A stretch of 64,000 bases of DNA from NCBI GenBank assembly GCA_005223125.1, contig NJBH01000017.1:19891-83890 (forward strand), in the 5' to 3' direction. This stretch comes from Promethearchaeota archaeon Loki_b32. Its GTDB lineage: Archaea > Asgardarchaeota > Lokiarchaeia > Sigyniarchaeales > SOKP01. A program made the translations under genes and the position numbers. Below, piece after piece: positions 10,505-20,775 of this stretch (position 1 is the stretch's first letter; each line of letters opens with the position of its first letter). Under the pieces are notes generated by a model. The model saw nothing but the letters and a program-made list of their open reading frames with translations, was not told where the DNA came from and did no database searches.

Positions 10505-11614
10505 TTATTTAGCTATAAGTCTGTTCTTTACATGTTGAAAGCAAATTACATTAGGATTATCAAATTGGTTAATTTTTTCTTTAAACGAACTTATCTTAAA
10601 TCTATCTGGAGTAGGATTTTGATTAAGAATATCAATAGCTCTTCTACCTATTTGATTTGAATCTCGCAAATGTTCTAAAGGAAACCCATTATTTATTAAA
10701 AATTTATCCTGTGGAGCTGACTCTCCTGGAAAAAACTCTATACTAGGCACATTCAATAAACTAGATTCTCTCACAATTGTTCCTCCTCCGCTTATTACTA
10801 ACGCTCCATAGAAGCATAAATCCAATAGATTTGGCAAATATTGGGTTATAATAACATTTCTTTCTTTACTAAGACTTTTAAGCCCTTTAGAAAGAAACAT
10901 TTCTTGTTTTTTTGAACGAACCAAAAGGAAGTATTTATAATTAGGGAATTTTTTGAATATGGGGGGAAAAAACTTTTTTATCTGAGTTTCTTCCGGTTTA
11001 ATTTTATGAATTAGATATGAAGCATGAGTGGGTTCAGTTCTTATTATAACATATTTTCCTTTTTCTACATTAATATTTTTAAGAATATCTGGATTGGGAG
11101 TGTATTCTGAAATCCATGCAATCTCATCAAGACCATTATACCTGATAATTTTCTTTGGATCAGCATAAAGTTTTATATACAAATCTTTAGGTATGCATTC
11201 GGGAGTGATAATATTTTCAATATAAGGGTGTATTAATTTACATACAGGTTCATTTCGCGGTTCATCATTAAATCCTATCGAAGGAATTTGTAATCCATAT
11301 GCGATCCTTGTACCTTCTACAGAAAGAAAAGTAACAAAATAATCGGGTGAAAATTTCTTAATTACAGGAAAAAGTTGATTCAAACGGTTTATATAGGTAT
11401 TTAACTTTTCTTCTAGTTTTTCACCACCATGTTTTCCAATTTTTTTGTATTTTACTCCAAAATCATCTAGAATTTGGTATGTAGAATCATAATCTCGGGC
11501 TGTGATTAAAAGCTCTGGATCTTCTTTTTCAAACAATTTAAATAGTGAATTAAACATTATGGCAGTTTTAGGTTGTTCAACGTCAATCCATATTCTTTTT
11601 CCAGAAAGACTCAT
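10505..11614 (-). CDS. DUF354 family GT-B-fold protein
   Basis: IWIDVEQPK, ITARDY, IGKHGG and GGGTIVRESSLLNVPSI motifs; ATG at 11614 preferred over the upstream GTG. Confidence 0.8.
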   Translation of the reverse strand: MSLSGKRIWIDVEQPKTAIMFNSLFKLFEKEDPELLITARDYDSTYQILDDFGVKYKKIGKHGGEKLEEKLNTYINRLNQLFPVIKKFSPDYFVTFLSVEGTRIAYGLQIPSIGFNDEPRNEPVCKLIHPYIENIITPECIPKDLYIKLYADPKKIIRYNGLDEIAWISEYTPNPDILKNINVEKGKYVIIRTEPTHASYLIHKIKPEETQIKKFFPPIFKKFPNYKYFLLVRSKKQEMFLSKGLKSLSKERNVIITQYLPNLLDLCFYGALVISGGGTIVRESSLLNVPSIEFFPGESAPQDKFLINNGFPLEHLRDSNQIGRRAIDILNQNPTPDRFKISSFKEKINQFDNPNVICFQHVKNRLIAK

Positions 11615-11739
11615 AGTAAGCACTAAAATGATGATAAAATTTTAATATTTTTTGTAAATGTTTCAATATTTATTAGAAAATTTGACACTATATTGAAACT
11701 TTGATTAATATCAATTTAAATCTTATATTGAAAAAAAAG

Positions 11740-12033
11740 TTATTTCTCACAAGCACATGGTTTTGCTTTGCATTTAATACATATACCAGGATATTTTTTT
11801 GAAACTGCAGATTCAAGATCGATTTCTAATAAATTTGCTAGGGAATTTGTCCAGGCAATTATATCGGCTAATTCTTCTGAAGCATTTTTTTCATCAATTG
11901 CTTTATTTCTTAAAATATGAGCGAATTCACCAATTTCTTCTATTAACCAAATAAAAGTACCATTAATTCCTCTATTTAGATCTCTTTTTATGTAAATATC
12001 TTTAATTAACTTTTGAAATTCTGAAATTTTCAT
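11740..12033 (-). CDS. MazG-like nucleotide pyrophosphohydrolase
   Basis: WLIEEIGE and EELADIIAW motifs, C-terminal CxxC..CxC. Confidence 0.9.
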   Translation of the reverse strand: MKISEFQKLIKDIYIKRDLNRGINGTFIWLIEEIGEFAHILRNKAIDEKNASEELADIIAWTNSLANLLEIDLESAVSKKYPGICIKCKAKPCACEK

Positions 12034-12067
12034 TCATTTTCAACAATAAACAGTTATTTATCATAAA

Positions 12068-12289
12068 TTATCCCCCACCAGGTGTGAATAACCAATTAAA
12101 CACACCTATGTGTGCTAATATCACAATCAGTATTAGTGTTATCGATAATATAACTGTACTTATAGGTCCTATTTTAATCCCAACTGAGCTATCCTGAAAA
12201 AATCTCATCAAACCTGCTCCCCCCATTGGCATCGGGGCACTACCACTTCTTCTTTTTTTACGTCTTGACTGAGTTCCACGAGATGACAT
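12068..12289 (-). CDS. secG: Preprotein translocase subunit Sec61beta/SecG
   Basis: Basic N-terminus, AGLMRFF...KIGP motif, single C-terminal TM helix. Confidence 0.9.
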   Translation of the reverse strand: MSSRGTQSRRKKRRSGSAPMPMGGAGLMRFFQDSSVGIKIGPISTVILSITLILIVILAHIGVFNWLFTPGGG

Positions 12290-12448
12290 AATTAAAAATA
12301 GTACTAAAATTTGTAATAACTTTGTTTTAAAATAATTGCCAAAACCATATAAAATTTTATCTTGAAATTAAAAAAAAAAAATTGGTAAATTTTTATATCT
12401 TGTTTTAATTATTTTTAGATAATTTAAGGAATAAAAGGTTGTCATTTA

Positions 12449-14296
12449 TTGAAAAGAAAAGATTTTTTATTAATTTTAATGGGTTTACTGTTAATTATAG
12501 TAACATTCTCATTTGTGTTTGATAATTCAGAAATAGAGTTAACAGATTATAATAATAATAATAAGAATCCACAATTTTCTGCCGACTTGGATGGAATCGA
12601 AAATATTATAATAACAAAATTATATAGGAACGCTAACATAACTACATATGGGTTATTATATATAGAAGATACTATAACATTTAAAAATTTAAATAATCAC
12701 CCTATAACTTCAATATTTTTGGGGATTCCTATAGATGTAACTGAAGATCTAATCTTTTTTAAAGCCACTGGAACTAGTGATAATACTCTACTATCTGACT
12801 GTTCATCGATGATAATGAATGGAAATCAGATGGTAGTAATTTATTTTGATTCTCCTTTGTTACCATATCAAATTAGGGATGTTAAATTTACACATACATA
12901 TAAGAATATTATTTCATACTCCTTATTAGAAGATGATCAACACGTAGTTTTTTATCCAATAGTTTATCCATTGGCACCATATAATATAGAAGGTGAAGCT
13001 TCTGCGATCTTCAATTATCCTGTAGTGGCAACATCAGTAGATGGAGGATGGGGTTTTGTAAATCCTGCACTTTCTCGTATTTCATATGATTTTGATTCGA
13101 TTAAAGATGAATTAGAGATTGATTTTATATCCCCATTTTTAGAAAATTTGGGTGAAAAAAAGGAAGCCCTCATACATTTCATTGATAATGATAATTCAAA
13201 ATTAGAGATGGAAGAAGTTAATCGTGAAATTTTTATCTCTCCATGGGGGATTATTAAAGTAAAAGAGAAGTTCTCATTAGTAAACTTCGGATATAAAGAT
13301 ATTAATGTATTCACAATAAAAATTCCTAAAGCTGCAACAAATCTTTATGTTTTTGATGATTTAGGTGAAATCCAAGGTACAGAGATAATTGATCAAGGTG
13401 AATCAAATTATAAAACTGTACAATTTCTCTTATATATTAATCGAGTAATTCTTAAACCAAATACAAATTTTGAATTTACTGTTGAGTATAACTTACCATT
13501 TGAAAATTACGTTTCTTTAAATTGGTTTGAACAATCAATTCAAATTGATTTATTAACAACAACTTATGACTTTCTTGGCAAAAACCAGATTATCAACGTT
13601 ATTATAGATGCCTGTAGCAGTATTAATTTAATTACCGAATCTCCTACAGCTATTACGCGGTCTAAGGGTGCTACAACTCTTTCATTCCTATCTGAAACGG
13701 TTTGCCCTTTGGAAAGAAAAATAATACAATTTACATTTACTATTGATGTGTTCGATATATTATTGAGACCTATTACATTCATATTAATAATATCACTGAT
13801 TGCTTCAACATATGTATTACTAATTAAAACAATAAAGAAAGCCGATACTACAATTTTATCAACAAAATATATACCGGTTAATGAAATTAGGGAGTTCTGT
13901 TCTTTATATGAAGAAAAAAATGCTTTAACCTTAGAAATTAGACTAGCAAAAGATGATGCTAAAAGAAAAAAGATAGCAAAAAAAAAGTATAAAAATATTT
14001 TAACTAAAAATGTTTCAAAAATTGATGAAATTCAAAAAGAAGTAACTCCTTTTAAGAAAGTATTAATGGAAACAAGTGAGATCTTTGAAACTATTGTAAA
14101 GCGATTAGATATTTTAGAAGCAGAGAGAATAAGTGTTAAGGACAGTTTAGCTCTGTTAGAATCCAGGTATAGAAGAGGAAGATTACCATCCAGAGCGGCA
14201 TATCTAAAATTATCAGATGATTTTATAAAAAGAAGGAAAAAGATTGATAAAACAATTGACAAATTAATTCAGCAAATGAGGAGCTATCTATTATAA
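12449..14296 (+). CDS. Ribophorin I (OST1/RPN1)-like oligosaccharyltransferase subunit
   Basis: Signal anchor, lumenal beta-rich repeats with REIFISPWGIIKVKE (compare RPN1 IEVSHWG), one TM helix, cytosolic coiled coil. Confidence 0.8.
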   Translation: MKRKDFLLILMGLLLIIVTFSFVFDNSEIELTDYNNNNKNPQFSADLDGIENIIITKLYRNANITTYGLLYIEDTITFKNLNNHPITSIFLGIPIDVTEDLIFFKATGTSDNTLLSDCSSMIMNGNQMVVIYFDSPLLPYQIRDVKFTHTYKNIISYSLLEDDQHVVFYPIVYPLAPYNIEGEASAIFNYPVVATSVDGGWGFVNPALSRISYDFDSIKDELEIDFISPFLENLGEKKEALIHFIDNDNSKLEMEEVNREIFISPWGIIKVKEKFSLVNFGYKDINVFTIKIPKAATNLYVFDDLGEIQGTEIIDQGESNYKTVQFLLYINRVILKPNTNFEFTVEYNLPFENYVSLNWFEQSIQIDLLTTTYDFLGKNQIINVIIDACSSINLITESPTAITRSKGATTLSFLSETVCPLERKIIQFTFTIDVFDILLRPITFILIISLIASTYVLLIKTIKKADTTILSTKYIPVNEIREFCSLYEEKNALTLEIRLAKDDAKRKKIAKKKYKNILTKNVSKIDEIQKEVTPFKKVLMETSEIFETIVKRLDILEAERISVKDSLALLESRYRRGRLPSRAAYLKLSDDFIKRRKKIDKTIDKLIQQMRSYLL

Positions 14297-14320
14297 GAGC
14301 ATTTGAATGTGAATGAATTT

Positions 14321-14944
14321 ATGAAACCATGGTTATTTGACATATTAGCATGTCCTATTGATAAACAATTTCCATTAAAATTATATATTTTTTCTTTTGA
14401 AAATAAACCAGAAGAATTTCAATCTATTATTGATATTTATAAAAACAGAGATATCAACATTATTAAAAAAGAAAAAATAATTGAGGTTTTTCAAGAAAAT
14501 GACGAATATTTCTTAAGGGATAACATAGTCATTGAAAAAACCAAACTTAAATCCTATCTTGAGTTAATAATTTCGAGTATAAATGAATTTGAAAATGTCT
14601 TTAATAATTCTACAAACCAATTGAGTAAAAAAAGTTTTCAAATCATAAATTCTGAAGTTAAATCTAAAATTTTAGAACTTTTTAAAGATTTAAAATTCCA
14701 TCATATTGAAGATATATTTCCTGAGTTATATTTTATAAATAAAGTAAAATTAGACATTGAAATTGAATCAGGTATATTATTTTGCAGCAAATGTAACCGT
14801 TGGTATCCTATTATAGATACAATTCCACAGATGCTCCCTGATAAGTATCGTGATGAAAGAAAAGAAATTGAATTCCTTGAAAGCAATAAAAATTTATTAG
14901 ATGAAAAATTTTTTAATCAAGATCTTAAACCATTTAATATTTAA
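14321..14944 (+). CDS. trm112: Trm112 family methyltransferase activator with large insertion
   Basis: MKPWLFDILACPIDK ... EIESGILFCSKCNRWYPIIDTIPQMLPD; ATG at 14321 preferred. Confidence 0.85.
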   Translation: MKPWLFDILACPIDKQFPLKLYIFSFENKPEEFQSIIDIYKNRDINIIKKEKIIEVFQENDEYFLRDNIVIEKTKLKSYLELIISSINEFENVFNNSTNQLSKKSFQIINSEVKSKILELFKDLKFHHIEDIFPELYFINKVKLDIEIESGILFCSKCNRWYPIIDTIPQMLPDKYRDERKEIEFLESNKNLLDEKFFNQDLKPFNI

Positions 14945-14991
14945 GAATTAAATAACATAAAATCTATGAACTGTTTCAAATACAAACTCTT

Positions 14992-15123
14992 AGCCCGGTG
15001 GTGTAGATTAATACATATATTATGTATTGAGTAAATTGGCCAAGCATTTGGGGCTTTGAACCCCGCGACCACGGTTCGAATATTAAAAAGGTTTCTGATT
15101 AATCGAAATTCCGTGCCGGGCTA
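14992..15123 (+). tRNA. tRNA-Gln(UUG) with two introns (15007-15036 at position 15/16; 15081-15109 at position 59/60)
   Basis: Removing both introns gives AGCCCGG TG GTGT AGTGGCCAA GCAT T TGGGG CTTTGAA CCCCG CGAC CACGG TTCGAAT CCGTG CCGGGCT A, with all four stems pairing and an A1-U72 pair. The T-loop intron forms a perfect BHB. Confidence 0.93.
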
Positions 15124-15477
15124 TTATTTTTAATAATACTACTTAAAAAAATTTTTCAATTGCCGGTATTTTTAATTTTTTCTTTTTGACTAAAAATTAA
15201 AAGTCATCAATTCAAGACTGATAATAATCTTGGTTATATCAATCTTTTTTATTTCGGAAGAGATAAAAATATAATTTTTGTTTAAAAAACGCTATTTTGT
15301 CACTGTTTGATTATTTAAAAATTTTAAAATTAACTCAATTCTTAATTTGTATTTATCATTTGATTATAAAAAATTTTAAATAAATCAAAAAAACCGAAAT
15401 TTATCTATAATAAGAAGAAAGATTTATTTGTCTTGTAAGTAAAATACTATTTAATTAAAATTAAAGAAAAGATTACA

Positions 15478-15663
15478 ATGCTTAACTTCAGTTGGGTAAG
15501 AAAAATAGGAAATAAAAGATTATTTATACTATGTCTTTCAATTGCAGTGATTACTACTTTATCTCTTGTTATTTTTATTGCATTTTCAAATACAACTGTT
15601 AGCCTTAATGATTCTTCTGATGATTCTTCTGATGATGGGGGAGACGATGATGATTGTTTTTGA
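15478..15663 (+). CDS. Small membrane-anchored acidic protein ending Cys-Phe-TGA (frame stays open to 15789)
   Basis: N-terminal TM helix plus DSSDDSSDDGGDDDD linker. Confidence 0.45.
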   Translation: MLNFSWVRKIGNKRLFILCLSIAVITTLSLVIFIAFSNTTVSLNDSSDDSSDDGGDDDDCF

Positions 15664-15959
15664 CATAGAATTTATGGGAGTAATCTAATGGAAGATAGTG
15701 TTCTATACAAAAAAAATTCAGTCGATAATCATAATTTTGATATAGATCTCAAAAATATTAAATCCTATTTGTATGATCCTTATAAATAAATAGTAGTTAT
15801 AAGAGGACAACCACGCAATGGTGTTGGATTTAAAAAGAAATTTTTTTTTCTTAATTTTTTTATTTGAGGAAATATTCGGCTATTGAAATATAAAGTAATT
15901 GTATAAGTAAGTTTTTTGAGAATATTTAATATTTTTTGAATAGAATTTTAGTTTAAGTT

Positions 15960-16630
15960 CTAGAAAATCAACAGATAAATTGCTAACAAAATTAAGATTG
16001 TACCATTTATTATCCTTAAATGAGTTCGATATTTCAATTGAAATTCTTTGATATTTGATGATTTTATACCTAAACAAATCAAAATTAACACATCTACGAT
16101 AAGGTTAATCATTCTTATCAAATACACAGTAATAAAAACCATTATTAATGGATTATTTCTAAAAGAGATTTTAATAAAGCTAAACAGATAGGGCTAAAAT
16201 GTTAGATTATAATCAAAACATAGCTAATTTATACTAAAAAACTATAGAATGCCGAATTTTTTTCTAAAAAGTCTTTTACAAGGTTTTTTATTTTTTCTGG
16301 GATGTTATACTTTTACTTTATTCTTTATTACATTCTATTTCTGTTATACACCAATAAAAATTAATAGTTCTGCAAATGTATATGAAAAAAAAAGGAGAAA
16401 TTTATTACTAATTATAAAAAATTGATACATAATATAGAAAAAAAAAGATAACTTAAAATTATTCCAGAAAGTAATCCAATAAAGATTTCCCAAAACTTTC
16501 TTCATTCTTCATTTAATATTAGTGATATGCCAAAAACACTTAACATTAACATTTACTTTATGAATTTACATGGTGATATCCCTTTTATAAACACAGATAC
16601 AAAAGCTATAACAATCTTAACATCAGTCAT
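15960..16630 (-). pseudogene. Degraded CcdA/DsbD-like membrane protein
   Basis: Fragments MTDVKIVIAFVSVFIKGISPC, RKFWEIFIGLLSGIILSYLFF and LRIINGTILILLAIYLLIF in different frames, separated by stops. Confidence 0.5.
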
Positions 16631-16774
16631 ATTCAATAATTTAATTATTCATACATTCCATTTTACATAACGTAAAAAATCGCAAAATATAATATTAAGC
16701 CAAATATTTTTTTTTTCAACCTCAAAGTTCAAAATATTAACATTTTCAAAATAGCTTTTAAATTTGTAAAAATT

Positions 16775-18145
16775 ATGATTCCATTATCTGGTTTGAAATG
16801 GGGATTTTTAGAAATATTTTATTTAATTATTATTTTTATTGTAGGCTTTCTAATTACTTACTTAACCCTCCCATACATAATCAAATTGATGAAAAAAAAG
16901 AATTTTGTTGGATATGACATCCATAAGAATGCTCAACCAGAAATTGCCGAGTCTGGAGGTATTAGTATAGTTATTGGTTTTTCTATTACTTCAATATTCG
17001 TAATTATATTTTTTCCTAATTTCATAAATGAAACCATTGTCTTTTTATTAACTGTTTTGATAGCAGGAGCTATTGGATTTATCGATGATAGAAAAAAACT
17101 CAGATCACGTTACAAAATAATATTATCAATTTTTTCTGGTACAACTATTTTTTTTGCTAATTTAATTGGTTTTATTACAATAACCTCACCAACTATTCCC
17201 TTCCTCGATCAAACTCGAATGACAATTATTTATCCTTTCTTAGTTCCCATTATTGTAGCTGTTTTTACCAATACAGTAAATATGCTAGAAGGTTACAATG
17301 GCGAGGGTTCAGGAACGTGTTTAATCGCGGTCTGTTTTCTTTTTATATGTAGTTTAATATGGAATTCTACTGAGGGAGTGATTTTTACAATTCCAGTCAT
17401 AGCAGTACTAATTCCTTTTTTCATATATAATAAATTTCCAGCAAAAATATTTCCTGGAGATATAGGTACATTAAGTATGGGTGCAATGATTGCATGCATT
17501 ATGTTATTTGGGTCATTGGAAGTTGCCACTTTTTGTGCTCTTTTAATTCATATATTCAACAGTTTTTATTATATTTATTCTGTACGTGGGTTTTTTGAGA
17601 GCAGTGATATTAAAGGCAGTAAAGAAGATATAATCTTACTCGAAGATGATCGAATTAAAGCTTCAGATCAAAAAGATGCAGCATTAACATTGCCTAGATT
17701 AATATTAGCAAAAGGGCCATTAACAGAACCAGAATTAATAAAAAACTTTTATGCTATTTCAATAATATGTGGTTTTTTTTCCATTCTCTCTATCTTACTC
17801 ATGCAATACAGTTTAGGGAACCTAAATATCTACATCTTAATTATTACTTTAATCGTTCTTTTAGCTCCAACTATTTTCATATTATATAAATTCCCCAGAA
17901 TTCAAGGAATAATTTTTCTGATGATGGTCCTATTAATTTCTATTTTGTCATTCCTAATATTTATTGAAGCTGTAATTATGCCACTTCCTTTTGAAGATGT
18001 AAACCTAGGGATAATAAGTATTCCAATTCATCTATTAATTTCCTTTATACTAATGATTCCTATATTGTTATTATGGTATCTAATTACAATAAAGTATTTC
18101 TGGATTGAAATTGATAAGATGAATAAAATCGAAACCCAAAATTAA
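16775..18145 (+). CDS. aglH: UDP-GlcNAc:dolichyl-phosphate GlcNAc-1-P transferase (AglH/Alg7, MraY superfamily)
   Basis: GYDIHK, AESGGI, IGFIDD, NTVNMLEGYNG and PAKIFPGDIGT motifs. Confidence 0.88.
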   Translation: MIPLSGLKWGFLEIFYLIIIFIVGFLITYLTLPYIIKLMKKKNFVGYDIHKNAQPEIAESGGISIVIGFSITSIFVIIFFPNFINETIVFLLTVLIAGAIGFIDDRKKLRSRYKIILSIFSGTTIFFANLIGFITITSPTIPFLDQTRMTIIYPFLVPIIVAVFTNTVNMLEGYNGEGSGTCLIAVCFLFICSLIWNSTEGVIFTIPVIAVLIPFFIYNKFPAKIFPGDIGTLSMGAMIACIMLFGSLEVATFCALLIHIFNSFYYIYSVRGFFESSDIKGSKEDIILLEDDRIKASDQKDAALTLPRLILAKGPLTEPELIKNFYAISIICGFFSILSILLMQYSLGNLNIYILIITLIVLLAPTIFILYKFPRIQGIIFLMMVLLISILSFLIFIEAVIMPLPFEDVNLGIISIPIHLLISFILMIPILLLWYLITIKYFWIEIDKMNKIETQN

Positions 18146-18184
18146 ATAAAGTAATCTATTAATTGACAAATTAATTAAAAAAAC

Positions 18185-20746
18185 TTGTTAAATGTTAAGG
18201 TATTTTCTTTGAAAAAAAAAATTAGATATTTACTTTTATTTTCTTATCCCTTTTATTCAATTGGAATTTTTTTAATAGTAAATTCATTTATATTAAAGTT
18301 TAATTTATTAACACTTCTAACTGATTGGACATTTTTAATAACTTTTGTTCTCTATTTATTAACTATTGAAGAATTTCTGCAATGGGCTAAAAATGGTAAA
18401 AGAAGTGAAATGAGTGATATTGTCGCAATATTTTTTTTCTTTTTTCTCATTTTTTTCTTTTCAAAAGATTTTCTAACGTCAATAATGGGCGCATTCTCAA
18501 TATATTTATGGATAGGGATATTTGAATTAAAGGATTATCCTATAATTAATAAAATTTTAATAATCTCTCTAATAACTTATAATGTTATTTTTGTTGCTGG
18601 TCTTTTTTCTTACTATTTAGGAGATCCAGTTTATATTAATACTAGTTTTGCGTTTTCTTTCTGGATAATCCTTATTCTAGGATTTTTGTTATTTGGAAGA
18701 AAATACATAATTGTCTGGCGATTTATGAGCCCTGCATATTTAACCTTATTTCTTTATATTATAGCATGGCTAGCTGTTGTATTTATTAACCAATATACTC
18801 CACTAACTTTTATTGTAGATAGACCTATTGGTTCTAGTGAATTCAAGATTACTGACCTCTTTTTTAATGTCTATTTTATATTAATTGCAGTTAATTGGGG
18901 AATTTATTTCGTATCAGGATTCATTTTGGATAAATTACTCGGAATTCATAAAGTAAGAGATGAAAATCTATTGAAGATCATAAATAAATTAAAAGTTGAT
19001 ATTGGAATTAAAGGAAAAGTTAAAGTGGGTTTTGGAAAATATCCCATATTAAATGCTATGGCTTACGGCTCTGTATTTGATAAACGAATTGCTATTATAG
19101 CTGATGATATAAATCAAATTCCTGAAGATGAATTGAAAGGCATTGTGGCTCATGAATTAGCCCACACAAAAGGAAAACATACTCTTATTTTAACTTTAAT
19201 TACTTCTGTTGATCTTTTTGTAAGAATGTTTCTTGGTATTCCTGCTACATACTATGATTATACTTTTGGAAATCCCCAGCTTCCAATGATATACTTTATC
19301 ATTTTAAATTTAGCGATATATATAATTCTTTTTATATTTGTAAGAATTTTAGAAGGAAAGGCAGATTTAAAAGCAAAGAAAGCTGGATATGCAAATGAGC
19401 TTGCCAAAGCTCTTTATACCTTAGAAAGTTTTTATTCATCTGGTCGAGAAATTGGATTGAACACTATGCTTTTAAGTGAAGAAAAAATCACAAAAGATAA
19501 CCAACTATTGGATTATATGAGTACAGCAATTTATTTAAATCGTTCAATGATAAAACCGTCAAGAGGATCACTTTTGGCTAATTTAATTAATTCTCATCCT
19601 CCTAGTTATTATAGGATTGCAGCAATTTTAGGTAATGAATTAAAACCTATTAAGGAAGCAATTCTTCCATTTATATGTCTAAAAAAATCTAAGCAAAAAA
19701 AATATGCAAAAAAATTTGAAGAAGCAAGAGTAAAATTTAAAATCTTAGCAAATAATAAATTTAAGGTTTTTTTTAAAATTGATGATATTTCTTTCTTAAT
19801 GGAGTCACTTAAAGGAAAAGAATTATATAAATTTAAAATTCAAAAGGACTTCATCTTTAGAAATCTAATTACAGATGAAATCATTGTTGGTAAATTAATT
19901 GATGTCCAATCTATTGATAATATTACAGATCCTATCCAATTTGTTATTCACAATTTAAAAACAATTCAAAATATTATCTTAAGTCCATCTTTATATTCAC
20001 ACAATCAATATGATTTGAATGGAGAGTACTTCTTGAAAAAAAATGCACCTTTTGAATTAATTGATATTAAATTGAATGAAAATAATAAAGATGGATATTA
20101 TCTTTTCTTGGACAATAATAATAATAAGATCCAAAAACCTCTTGTTAAAACGAAATTACCAAATTCTCACTTTTTTTTTAAGAATTTTAAAGATCATGAA
20201 GTTTTTCTTAAAATTAAAGGAGAATTAAAAGTTTTTAAATGTATAAATATAAGTACAGCAATAAAATTAGGTGACTTTAAATTAACAATTATAGATAATG
20301 ATAATCAAGATGCGAAACTGGTTAATTATTCTCTTAGTGAATTAATAATTCGCCCGAAAAAAATTTACTTAGCTATTAGCAAAAGCTCTATTTCTCGAAA
20401 ATCTGAAGTAAATGTAATGAAGTGGTTATCAAAAAAAAAGTTACAAACATTTATATATCTTAAAAAACCTGTTAATAATTTAGAAATTGGTAATATTCAG
20501 AAGATAGACTTTCATTCTCAGGATTTCAAGAAAGGTACTCTTAAGAGCATGAAGAAAAGAGAAGATGAAATATCAATCAATAACGTTTTTGGGAAGAACA
20601 TAAAGATACCTTATAATAAATTAGAATTGATAAGTTTTGAATATAATACAGCAATGATACAACTAAAATCATCAACAAGCTTTTCGAGTCGTTTAGGGTA
20701 TAGAATATTGAAGAAATTCAAACCAGATAGAATAATCATGACTTAA
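18185..20746 (+). CDS. M48 (HtpX/Ste24-like) membrane zinc metalloprotease with N-terminal TM bundle and long C-terminal extension
   Basis: NAMAYG, HELAH, EGKAD and SHPP motifs; true start may be TTG at 18209. Confidence 0.85.
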   Translation: MLNVKVFSLKKKIRYLLLFSYPFYSIGIFLIVNSFILKFNLLTLLTDWTFLITFVLYLLTIEEFLQWAKNGKRSEMSDIVAIFFFFFLIFFFSKDFLTSIMGAFSIYLWIGIFELKDYPIINKILIISLITYNVIFVAGLFSYYLGDPVYINTSFAFSFWIILILGFLLFGRKYIIVWRFMSPAYLTLFLYIIAWLAVVFINQYTPLTFIVDRPIGSSEFKITDLFFNVYFILIAVNWGIYFVSGFILDKLLGIHKVRDENLLKIINKLKVDIGIKGKVKVGFGKYPILNAMAYGSVFDKRIAIIADDINQIPEDELKGIVAHELAHTKGKHTLILTLITSVDLFVRMFLGIPATYYDYTFGNPQLPMIYFIILNLAIYIILFIFVRILEGKADLKAKKAGYANELAKALYTLESFYSSGREIGLNTMLLSEEKITKDNQLLDYMSTAIYLNRSMIKPSRGSLLANLINSHPPSYYRIAAILGNELKPIKEAILPFICLKKSKQKKYAKKFEEARVKFKILANNKFKVFFKIDDISFLMESLKGKELYKFKIQKDFIFRNLITDEIIVGKLIDVQSIDNITDPIQFVIHNLKTIQNIILSPSLYSHNQYDLNGEYFLKKNAPFELIDIKLNENNKDGYYLFLDNNNNKIQKPLVKTKLPNSHFFFKNFKDHEVFLKIKGELKVFKCINISTAIKLGDFKLTIIDNDNQDAKLVNYSLSELIIRPKKIYLAISKSSISRKSEVNVMKWLSKKKLQTFIYLKKPVNNLEIGNIQKIDFHSQDFKKGTLKSMKKREDEISINNVFGKNIKIPYNKLELISFEYNTAMIQLKSSTSFSSRLGYRILKKFKPDRIIMT

Positions 20747-20775
20747 AAAAATTTAATATAAATGTCTCTTTCAAA

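Noticed and set aside
15769-15811. Hairpin as a definite SECIS element
   Set aside because: AT-rich, imperfect non-Watson-Crick quartet geometry, and it overlaps the putative readthrough coding region; kept only as a weak lead.
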